NCBI RefSeq assembly: GCF_037042905.1
Contig: NC_087250.1
Span: forward strand, 26,352,001 to 26,416,000
DNA from: Lytechinus pictus
Lineage: Eukaryota
DNA length: 64,000 nt
Direction of reading: 5' to 3'
Below are positions 27,901-39,900 of this stretch, in pieces. Within the stretch, counting starts at the first letter, position 1. Each line of letters begins with the position of its first letter. A program made the translations under genes and the position numbers. The notes beneath the pieces were generated by a model. That model had not been told where the DNA came from, did not search any database, and saw only the letters and a program-made list of their open reading frames with translations.

Positions 27901-30900
27901 ATATACTCATCAAGCCAAATATTTTAGTAAACAATACAATAATACATTGAGCAGTGATTTATTCTTTATTATGATTTTTATTTATTTGTTGCTGTCTTGT
28001 AATTTCATATCTTTTTTATTGATTTTTTATTTATCTATCTTTATATTTATTCATTCATCTATTTTAGTGGGGATTTGAAACATTTCTATGCACGGCGTTG
28101 GAAGAAAAAAAAAATGCGCTGGAAATACCACTACCTCACACTTACCGTGTTTACATGTGATCGGCTTTTGGTTCAGAACCGCGAGCCGATGCGAATCGGC
28201 TTTTGGGTTTATCTTGCACCGCGTTTACACGCTGCATCGGCTCGCGGTTCAGAATCGGCTCGCGTGTCAAAAACCTGAAATGATCCGCGCACCAACAGTA
28301 TACGTCATAATAAAGACAACGCAGGATCCATGCGCTTACAAGTACGTCATAATGGTAAAGTAAATGAAATGCGCTTGAATTGCCGAGGCAGAATCGGCTT
28401 TCTGTTTACACGTAGAAAAAAGCCGAATATGCATCGGCTAGCGGTTCTGAACCTGCTACTTTGGTGGTGCAAAATTGCCGATTCTGCACCGAGAGCCGAT
28501 GCAAGTTAATCGCGTTTACACGCAATGAAAAAGCCGATTCTGCATCGGCTCGCAGTTCTGAACCGCGAGCCGATGTAGCGTGTAAATTGTTGCCCATACG
28601 CCTTGTCTCACCTGCACAATGTTTGGAAGTTACTTACTGTATGGCCCTGGGCTTGGTTCCACAAGCAATAAGGCGTTGAACCTCTATTTGGTTTGGTCTT
28701 GCCTCGGTAATGGTACCTCCTATCAACATAGTCCACAGTGTATATAGGATCCTCGGATCGGGGTTCCCCCTAAACAACAGTTAAACGAAAATTTAGAACG
28801 GCAGCCTACAGTGCATATCCTATTTTTTAAGCACAATGTTGGCTAAATAAATTAAAACGATCGTTACAATCGCTTGTTCTGGGGAACAAAAGAGACGGTT
28901 GCAATTAGAATAATAGACATTTGAAGTTAACCCATCCCACTGCAACAATAATTGGATATATTTATTTTTATTTATTTATTTTATTGAAATATATTTTTTC
29001 AGGAAAAACACAAGATCAGTATAAAAACACTGTTTTACATCAGATTCCTAAAGGGTTAAAAAGTTACATCAAAATTCAAAAGTCAAAACTGATATAAGAA
29101 TACGACCAGCTGCATATAATAAGCTAAAAATATATGAATGACAATGGCAGTTCGTAATAACGCAATTTATTAATATGAATAGATGGTTAATTCAATACAA
29201 CATATATATTTGTTGCTGAACACTATACATAAATGATTAATATTAAAAGAAATTCACTCAATAATGAATAAACCAAAAATAATGGTTGACAATGATAATG
29301 ATAGCTATTAGATGATGATAATAGTAATAATGATGATAATAATTATCAAAATAATATGTTTAATGGCAACAAATAATCATATCAAATTCATGAGAAAATA
29401 TGTGATTAGATAAACCTATGGCAATAAATAATCGAATTTAAGGGTAAAAAAGGTGGTTGCTTGATTATATCAATTAATAAATGAACGCAATTAATGGATG
29501 TACTTACAGAGATAAATGAATGCAAATGATTAAATAAGTCGATCATGTAATAACACAAATTAATATGTTAATCATTTCAAATGGGGAGTTGGTAAATTTG
29601 GCCCAAAAAAATCTTTACTCTAGAAACTGGATCCGATCGCCCTGTTCAGCAATTTGCCAAACTTTGTCGAGACCGCCGACCACCATGGTCCCTTTGATGA
29701 TTAGGGCGACGACACCGACGATCATGATGATTCCTTGGAGGGTGTCTGTCCACACGACTGCCTTCAAACCACCCTGTACACATACAAAATGTATATATAT
29801 ATATATATATATATATTGTGAAAGAAATGGATGAAGAGAACAATGGTAGGCGTAGCTTAAATCAAGGTTCCCCGGAGCTATCTGCCCTTTTTTGGAAAAA
29901 AAATGGTAATGCCGAAAAAAATGTCTCTGCCGGGAATCGAACCCGGGCCCTGTTACACCCACAAATGTAATAATCGCCCACAAATGTAATAACGCCCACA
30001 AATGTAATAACACTTTACCCACAAATGTAATAATTTCACCCACAAATGTAATAATGCACTTAACCCACAAATGTAATAATTTTTGATCGCCCACAAATGT
30101 AATAATGACTTTACCCACATTTTGAAGGGATTTTTGGCGAATCCGTTCTAAACTAACATCCGATAGGAATGCGTTCAAATAGCACAAAAGTGCAAAGTCT
30201 TTTTTCCATATAAGTCCAAACTAAGGTACGATAATGATATTGCAGTGGAATAAAAATAAGAATCGAGCTTAGTCTTTTCTCCAGACCCAATTAGAACTGG
30301 TGGAATAAATGTCTTTGTTGTTGTTTTAACTTATACGGCGCGTATTGTGAATATATGCGCCAAGAGTAAATTGAGAATCAAGCGTAGTCTTTTCTCGAGA
30401 CCCGGTTACTTAAAACTAAAAACTAAAACCCTTTACCCACAAATGTAATAATTTTACCCACAAATGTAATAATGCACTTTACCCACAAATGTAATAATGT
30501 TTGATCGCCCACAAATCTAATAATGACTTTACCCACAAATGTTATAAATTTGAAGGGATTTTTGGCGAATCTGTTCGAAAGTAAAACCCTATAGTAATGC
30601 GTTCACATAGCTCAAAGTCACAGTCTTTTTTCTCCCGACCCGGTTATGTAAAACATCTTAACAATTTAGCGTAGTCTTTCCTCCAGACCCAATATTTCAA
30701 ATAACAAATAAAAAATAATAAACAATAATAAAAAAAAAGACCCCATTATTTTATTAATTTTGAACAAAATGTAAAAAGAACAAAAACAGACCCTGCAATC
30801 TTTTCAACATTGAATAGCGTGTGTGTGTGTGTGTATTTGAGTTTTGTCAGACGTGTATCAATCAGATATGATTATTTACGTCTGGGACAGACCTTTAACG

Positions 30901-33900
30901 TCACCATCCGAAAGACGTGACCAGGATTCGAACCTCTGCATCAATTTGTAACTTCCCCACGTAGCTTGGATTACAAGCGCACGCCACAACGCCCAGCATC
31001 GAAATATGGTGTAGTCTTTGTTCCAGCCCTGGTTATTTCAAAATAGCAAATCATAAAGAACAATATCAACAAAGACCCCACAATCTCATTGATGTTGAAT
31101 AACTTGAAAATATAGCGTAGACTTTCTTCAAGACCCAGTTATTTTAAAATAATAAATCATAAAAAAGATATATAATAATAATAAAACAAAGGCCCCACAA
31201 TCTATTGATGTTGAATAACTTGTCGTTGTTGTTATCTTTGGTTTTGAGGCGCGTACCATTCAGATATGAATATTCACATGGAAATATAGCGTAGTCTTCC
31301 CTCCAGACCCACTTATTTCAAAATTACAAATAATTTTAAAGAGTCAACAAGTAACAAAGACCCCCACTATCTTAATAATGTTAAATAACATGGAAATATA
31401 GCGTAGTCTTTCATCCAGACCCAGATCTTTCAAATAACAAATGATGAATAATAATAATAAATAAATAATAAGAAGAAAAACAAACAAAGAACCACGATCC
31501 TATTTATGTTGAATAACATGGAAATATAGCGTAGTCCTTCCTCCAGACCCAGTTATAAAAATCATTAAAAACACAACAACAACAACAACAAAACAAAGAC
31601 CCTGCAATGCTATCAACATTGAATAACATGGAAATATGGTGTAATCTTTGCTCCAGACCCAGTTATTCAAAATAGGAAATTATAAGAAACAATAAAAACA
31701 AACAAACAATATTTACAAAGACCGCACAATATCATTGATGTAGAATAACGTTGTTGTTGTTGTTATCTTGGGTTTTAAGGCGTGTATCATTCAGATATGA
31801 TTATTTACGCCTATGATTAATTTGCCGTTTGTGGTATGCGTTATCACAAGGTTTTTATAGTTTGGAAGATGCTGGGGTCTAAGTTTAAAGATTAATGTTT
31901 CGCTCAATTTGTATTTTTAAGAGAACTGGGTGTGGGGTAAAGACAACACTCTTAACCCAAGCATTTTAACTGGGTTTAATTTTGAAGATTGGTCTTAGCT
32001 TTCATTTTTTGTTCCATATTTATTTATCTTTTAAAAAACCGGGTCTAGACAAAAGACTAAGCATAATACTCGTGTTATTCCACAGGAATAAGAATATGAC
32101 AAAGTCTCATGTTTTTAAGATTGTTTGAATTATTTTTCAAATGACTGGCTCTGGAATAATGACAACGCTCTAAACATGTGCTTTTCTACATAGTCTCAAT
32201 CTGGAGGATTGTTGGTTCTTAGATTCGTTGTTGGGGGTTGGGTTTTATTGTTTTTTTATTCTTGAAATAAATGTGTCAGGAGGAAAGTCTACAATCGATC
32301 TTCATGTTATTCCACAGTAATTAGATTATTGGGTATTCGTTTTAGAATATTTGTAAAAACTATTTTATTTTTTTCAAATAATAACCAAGTCTGGAGAAAG
32401 GATGTTTGCTTTACCCATGCATTATTACAATGTTTTGTAGGGGTCTTAGTATCATTGAAAAAAAAAACTGGGTGTGGGGTAAAGACATATTTTTTTACTG
32501 GGTGTAACTTTTGAAGATTGGTCTTAGATTTGAAGTTTTTTTTTATTCATTTTGTAAATAACCGGGTCTGGAGGAAAGAGTACGTTTTAAAACTCGTGTT
32601 ATTCCACAAAAATTAGAATATGATAGGGTCTTACGTTAGAATATTTTTTTTCGTAAGTTTTTTTATGATTAGGTCTGGAATAAAGACAACGCTCTGAACC
32701 TTTTTAAAACAGGTTCTTAGGTTGAAAGATTGTTTGGTCTTAGATTTTGAATTTTTTAATTATTACTATTAGCGTAAAAAAAAGGGTTTGGCTGAAAGAA
32801 TATGCTATATGTCCATGTTATCCAGCATTAGTACGATTATGGGGTCTTTGTTTTTTGTGTTTTTTGTATTGTAATTTATAATTTTGGAATAACAGGGTTT
32901 GGAGGAAAGACTAAGCTCGATTTTCATTTTTATTCCACTGGAATATCGTTATGGTATCTTAGTTTGGACTTATATTATGATTTTTGAAATAACCGGGTCT
33001 GGAAAAAAAAGACTTTGGACTTATATTAAAATTTTTGAAACAACTGGGTCTGGAAAAAATACTTTGCACTTTTGTACTATATGAACACAATACTATAGGG
33101 TTTTAGTTTTTAGTTTTAAGTAACCGGGTCTGGAGAAAAGACTACGCTTGATTTTTAATTTACTCTTAGCGCATATATACACAGTACGCGCCGTATAAGT
33201 TAAAACAACAACAAAGACATTTATTCCACCAGTTTTAATTAACTGGGTCTGAAGACAAGACTAAGCTCGATTCACATTTTTATTCCACTGGAATATCATT
33301 ATCGTATCTTAGTTTAGACTTATATAATAATTTTTTAAACAACAGGGTCTGTAAAAAAGACTTTGGACTTATATTAGAAGTTTTAAATTAACCGGGTCTG
33401 GAAAAAAGACTTTTCACTTTTGTGCTATATGAACGCATTACTTTAGGATTTTAGTTTAGAACGGATTCGCCAAAAATCCCTTCAAAATTATTAAATTTGT
33501 TGGTAAAGTCATTATTACATTTGTGGGTGAAATTATTACATTTGTGGGTAAATTGTTATTACATTTGTGGGCGTTATTACATTTGTGGGTGCAACAGGCC
33601 CCCAGCTTTGAACGCCGGTGCCTTAACCACTAGACCACAGAGACGGGTTAGTGGCTAGGGCGACCCCGATCCGACTGATCATCAGATAAACAGATTTTCG
33701 ACACTAATACCAATTATAATTTCCTTTGTCGGATGTAGGTGGGTTTTGAACAATGACAAGCCGCCATTGTTATATTCATCCATTCCTTTCACAAAATATT
33801 TAAAGGACAAGTCCACCCCAACAAAAAGTTTGAATAAAAAGACAAAAATCCAACTAGCATAACACTGAAAATTTCATCAAAATCGGATGTAAAATAAGAA

Positions 33901-36900
33901 AGTTATGACATTTTAAAGTTTCGCTTAATTTCACAAAACAGTTCTATTCACATCCTGGCTGGTATGCAAATGAAGAAACTATGACGTCATCCACTCACTA
34001 TTTCTTTTGTATTTCATTATACGAAATATGAAATATTCTAATTTTCTCCTCATTGTCAAGTGAAACAACGATTAATTCCTCCCTGAACATGTGGAATTAG
34101 ATTGTTTAATACTATATGGTCCAGTCAAGTTGGTCCTTATTGTTAAATGTTTACAAAATAAAATATTGTACCATTCAAACAATAAAAAACAAAAGAAATA
34201 GTGAGTGACGGACATCATCGATTGAGTCACCTAGTTGTACATATCACTGTTTTGTGAAAAATAAGCAAAACTTTAAAATGTCATAATTTTCTTATTTTAC
34301 ATCCGATTTTGATGAAATTTTCAGCACTATACTAGTTTGATTTTTCTCTATTTATTTAAGTCAGCATTTTCCTGGGGTGGACTTGACCTTTAAATAAAAG
34401 AGTTGCCAAAGCTGTTATACATGTCTAATTTTACACATTTATATACATATATATATATGATTGGGAATCATTCTTTAAAGCGTAATACCGATCTGTGTAA
34501 TACACTACTCAAAAAAAGTTAAGGACCACTTTTTAATGTGTGTATACAATTTTCAAACCGGGTGTTGTATTTCTAGAAATACCCGAATATGGCTGTCTTG
34601 AATCTCCTCAAACACCCTGTAACAATTTCACACATGGGTGGTTTCAGTTGTTGCATGATGTCTCTCGCATTATTGCATATCCTGAAAAGTGGGCCCATTG
34701 TGAAGTGGTACAAATGTGGATTCAAATGCATTTTCTGTCTTTAGTCTCTACAATCAACAAATTGCTGACAACAGCAATGCCAAGATACAGCTGTCCAGGA
34801 TGCCATCAAACACAATGAAATCAATTTCACACATGCAGTTCTTTCATGTCTCTTGCATCATTGCAATGTGCCCGTACAGAAGTGGCTTCCAAAGCATTTT
34901 CTGTCTTTAGTCTCTACAATCAACAACTTGCTGACAATAGCAATGCCAAGATACAGCTGTCCAGAATGCCATCAAACACAATGACATCAATTTCACACAT
35001 GCAGTTCTTTCATGTATCTTGCATCATTGCAATGTGCCCGTACAAAAGTGGCTTCCAAAGCATTTTCTGTCTTTGGTCTCTACAATCAACAACTTGCTGA
35101 CAATAGCAATGCCAAGATACAGCTGTCCAGAATGCCTTCAAACACAATGACATCAATTTCACACATGCAGTTCTTTCATGATGTCTCTGGCATCATTGCA
35201 GTGGGCCATAAGACAAGTGTCTTCCAAAGCATTTTCCGTCTTTAGTCTGTACAATCAACAACTTGCCTACAACAGCAATGCCAATACACCACCTAAGTGA
35301 AACAGATGTAGCCAGAGCCCTAGGGATGCTGGAAGCTGGCCTCAGTCAGCGAAGAGTAGCCAGAATGATGGGCGTGTCACACAGTGTCATTAGCAGAGCA
35401 AATCAAAGACACCGAGAGACAGGGCTATACTCCGAGAGACCCCGCAGTGGCCGACCAGTTTCGACAACCCCTAGAGATGATCGCTACTTGACGAATCTCA
35501 GCCTCCGCAACCGCTTTCACAGTGCACGCCGCCTCAACAATGACTTCGCTGCAGCAACTGGATTGATTGTTTCCACTCAAACAATCCGTAACCGACTTCA
35601 CAGAGCCAATATGCATGCCAGACGGCCAGCTCAGTGTGTCCCACTCACCCCTGCTCACAGAAGAATTCGTCTCAACTGGGCCCGGGAGCATGTCAGATGG
35701 ACCAGACAGCAATGGCGTAGAGTTCTGTTCACAGATGAGAGCAGATTTTCCCTTGACCACAATGATGGACGTTCGAGAGTCTGGAGGCGACCAGGAGAGA
35801 GATTTGCAGACCCCTGTATTGCAGAACATGACCGTTATGGGGGAGGCAGCGTCATGGTGTGGGGAGGCATCACCTACGCCAACCGTACTCGTCTCTACGT
35901 GGTCCCAGGGGGAGCAATGACAGGAGTGAGGTACAGGGATGAGGTCCTTGAACCTATAGTGGTGCCATTTGCAGAAAATGTGGGACAAAACATCATTTTC
36001 ATGGATGACAATGCCCGTGCCCACCGAGCTAGGGTGGTGACCGAGTTCCTTGAGGGCCAGGGGATTGAGCGTATGGAGTGGCCAGCGAGGTCCCCGGACT
36101 TAAACCCGATAGAGCACGTCTGGGACATGATGGGGAGGAGTCTCGACCAGCTCGAAGCCCATCCACTTGGACTGCAGCAGCTGGGTGTGGCTCTGGAGGC
36201 TGCATGGGATGCACTGGACGTCAGAGACATCAATCGCCTCATCAGCTCCATGAGACAGCGCTGTGAAGCCGTTATTGCTGCAGGAGGTGGTCACACTCGT
36301 TACTGAACTGCCTGAAAGACACTCAGACATTCGTTTTTACCACTTCATGTCGGTAGCTGATACCCCTCGGGGCCCACTTTTCAGGATGTGCAGTGATGCG
36401 AGAGACATTGTGCAACAACTGAAACCACCCATGCGTGAAATTGATTACAGCGTGTTTAAGGACATTTAGGACAGTTGTACTGAGGTATTTCCAGAAATAA
36501 AACACCTTGTATAAAATCTTTATGTACGTTTTAAAAAGTGGTCCTTAACTTTTTTTGAGTAGTGTATAATAAATTTGGGGCGCCATAGTCTAGTTGCTAC
36601 GATTTTCGTTTTTCAATCAGAGGGACGTGGGTTCGAATCCCAGCCATGGCGTGTTTTCCTTCAGCAAGAAATTCATCCACACTGTGTTGCACTCAACCCA
36701 GGTGAGATGAATTGGTACCCGGCAGGATTAATTCCTTTAATGCATGCTAGAGCTAAACCCGGGGTAATAAAAATAAAAGAGATTAAAATCCCTTTTGATA
36801 TAACATGTACCATGTGTTTGACCTTTACTTTTTCACACAACTTTCTCATTTCCCTCTTTTTCAAGAGCATTCAACACATCCTTTTCATGAGAAAAGTTCA

Positions 36901-39900
36901 GTTTTCATCATGATGATCATATTGATCTCAATAAACATGGTAATTGTATTGGTAAGCGTGCAAATCAGAGACATATCACCTAATTCGTCCTCATGACGAA
37001 TACAAATTATAGTTAATATATATATTTTTTTTGCAACACTCCGCAAATTACTCTTATTTATTTGTGAAATACTCCTGGATGCTTACCACTGATGTATAAA
37101 ATATACACACTACTCCAGTCGATAGCATACATGTCCACATATCAAATCCAGTAACTATGGCAACCAAATGAAAAAAATAAAATAAAAGGGAAATTAATGG
37201 AAATAACACGTTGGATTTTTTTTTTGTGGGGGGGGTGTGGAGTCGTGAAATGTGCAAACGCCGGGATATGTGCAAACAACGGTATATGTGCAAAATTTCG
37301 CCGGGATTTGTACAAACAACGGAATTTGTGCAAACGCCACGCCGGGAAATGTGCAAATCTGTCAAAATTTATCAACGGCATCTGTTCAAACGTGACGACG
37401 GGATATGTGCAAATGAACAATTTTCACGGGAAAAGTGCAAACCTCTGGGATATGTGCATATCACTGCATTTATCCATATAAAGGCTATTTCTCATGAAAT
37501 GTTTCAGTCATAAAATTACTGTTAAAAATGAGAAACATGCCTGCATAAGGTAGAAGCTACAATGACATCGGCAATGAAACGCTTTTCACAGAGGCGGCGG
37601 GGGGGGGGGGGGGCACCAACCTTAAATTGAAGACCCACTATCGTTTGGAATAACATGGATGTAGAGTGTAGTCTTTTAATGCTCCAGACCCGGTCATTTA
37701 ATCATTTGAAGATCCTTCTGAACTAAGATCCTGTACTAAAGCATACATAAGGAGCATAGCCATTCAAAAATAATAAAAAAAAAACTGCAACACCTCACCG
37801 TCTACCAAATTAAGACCTTGTAGAAATGAATATAGAATGTAGTCTTTACCCTAGACCTTGTTGTATCAATAAAAAAAAAAAAAATTAATACCTCATCGTC
37901 TAATTCCTATCGAATAAGTTGTTGTTGCTGTTGTTGTTTTAGCTTATACGGCGCGTGTCATTCAGTAGTGAATATTTGCGCCAAGAAAACCACATCCACC
38001 GAGCCGGATTCGAACCAGCGACATAAGGTTAATCATCATTCATCTACAGTCCTCCGCTCTACCAACTGAGCTATCGGTGGTTACTAGGTTTAAAGTGTAG
38101 TTTTTGCTCCAGACCGGGTGATTAAACAAATTCAAAACTATTTAAGCCCCGCCATCTTCCACTACTAAGGCTCTGTTATGAAGAACGTGTATATAACGTA
38201 TTCTCAATTCTCCAGACCCGTTTATTTAAACAAATTTTCAAGACCCCACAGTCTCATTCCTGTGAAAAAGATGGATATAAAGCGTTGTGTTTTCTCCAGA
38301 CCTTTGATTAAAAAACCTTCAGAATTAAGACCCAAGACTAAGACTCCGTTATAAAGCAAGGGTACATATCGTAGTCTTTACTCCAGACCCGTTTAAAAAA
38401 ATTATGTTATAATCTAAAAAAATAAGACCCTGTAAGAAAGCATGGATATAAGAGCACAGTCTTTACCCCAGACGCTGTTATTAAAAAAATTAGGAGATCT
38501 TCAATTTGACGACCCCACCGTCTCATATCTGTGGGAAAAAATGGATATAGAGTATAGTCTTTACTCCAAACCTGGTGATTAAAAAAAAACTTAAATAGTA
38601 AGACCCCATCATCTTCCAAACTAATAGTCTATAAGTATAACAAAGCACGGGTACCTATAGCATAGCCTTTACTCCATATCCATTTATTAAAAAACTACAC
38701 TGTACACCCGCTGTACAATTACGCTGTATACCCATGTGCTACATTACAGGTTCTTAGTATTGAAGATGACGGGATTGAAGTTTCGAAGATTCTTGATTTT
38801 GTTTTTCAAATGACTGGGTCTGGAGAAAATAATAACTCTATATCCATATGCTTGATGACATGGCAATGGTTTAGAAGATGGTGAGGTTTAAATTGTAAAG
38901 TTTATTTCTCTTTTTAACCACCGGGTTTTGAGTAAAGACTAGGCTTAGCTAGTCCAGGTATAGCGTTAATCCTGTTGTTTGGAAGAATATATGGCCAAGA
39001 CTGAGTATTAAAAAGTAGACTAATAACCTTCATCTTGTAGGGTAAGGTCGCATTGGGTCTGGAAAAGGAGACTACCAGCATCGGTCGGCAGAGCAAAATT
39101 GATAGGGGTGGGGAGGGCACAGCGAAAAAGGGAACTTCCTCTTTTGAAAAGGGCACTTGAAACAAAAAACTTTTTTAAAAACAAAATAGCATAATGTACC
39201 CTAGTAGGGTAATGAGCAAAATGATTGAGTGGGGCAAACATGGCGTGTGGGGCAAAAATTATTTAAAGCTGCGAGCGAGCGAGCAAAATTTTGAAACTTT
39301 AATGAAAAAAAAAACATTTTTGATAGATTTTGACATAGAGAACTATCATATTTCACCACTTTTCTTTCCTTTTCTTCTTTTCTTTTTCTTGGTATTGAAA
39401 ACTTTTGGGGTCCATGGAACGAGGTCCATTTCTTAAGGGGGCAAGTGCCCCCCCCCCCTCTCCCTCTGCTCAGATGCCCCTGCATAAAAGAAAGGACGCT
39501 AATTGCAAATACATATACCTTATATTAGCAAATTGGACATTTGAACAAACCAGAAGAGAAGGGGCATTTATCAGAATATTCATATGGGGCACTTGATCAA
39601 AGGTGAAAATGTACACACTACAGAAGAAGAATTTCACTCTGAAAAGGGGCAACTTAACCCTATCTAGGTCGGGGTATTTTTGGAATTCATATGGCCGGGG
39701 GAGGGGGGCCTCCCAGGCCCCCCTCCCCCCCCCCCCCCCTTGAGATCTCGGCCGTCGACCGCGCAATTGCACCGAAAATTGGCACGCATGTTGTCTGGGA
39801 TATAATCTACAAAATTGTATAGTAATTTTTTTCATGCAAATTGTTATTACGTAATAATGCTAATTTATGCGTAATTAGTATGCAAAATCATACTTTTTCC

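Larger units (their letters stand above)
29922..33644 (-). pseudogene. tRNA-like gene (anticodon TCA) split by the 29951-33596 insertion: 5' half 33644-33597, 3' half 29950-29922
   Basis: Rejoined: GTCTCTG TG GTCT AGTGGTTA AGGC A CCGGC GTTCAAA GCTGG GGGC CCGGG TTCGATT CCCGG CAGAGAC A, followed by T7. Confidence 0.75.
29817..33793. mobile_element. Small TIR element (about 330 bp once the nested insert is removed) carrying a tRNA-like gene
   Basis: Left TGTGAAAGAAATGGATGAAGAGAACAATGG versus right (reverse complement) TGTGAAAGGAATGGATGAATATAACAATGG; flanks ATATAT / AAATAT. Confidence 0.75.
34503..36564 (+). mobile_element. Full-length Tc1/mariner (DD34E) transposon in SLC5 intron 4
   Basis: TA at 34501-34502 and 36565-36566; perfect TIR CACTACTCAAAAAAAGTTAAGGACCACTTTTTAA extending imperfectly to about 200 bp; intact transposase ORF. 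Confidence 0.97.

Noticed and set aside
29951..30560. CRISPR-like regular CCCACAAATGTAATAA repeats
   Set aside because: Spacers are only a few nt and recur; eukaryotic context; mirrored at 33500-33596 as subterminal TIR repeats.
30961..30997. Human Alu contamination
   Set aside because: Similarity stops after about 40 nt; the remainder shares a tail with local elements and interrupts a local repeat precisely.
33597..33644. tRNA-Sec call for the TCA tRNA-like sequence
   Set aside because: No long variable arm or extended acceptor/T geometry typical of tRNA-Sec.
35425..36330. Antisense and alternate-frame ORFs (199, 118, 117 aa)
   Set aside because: Shadows of the GC-richer transposase CDS; no recognisable motifs.
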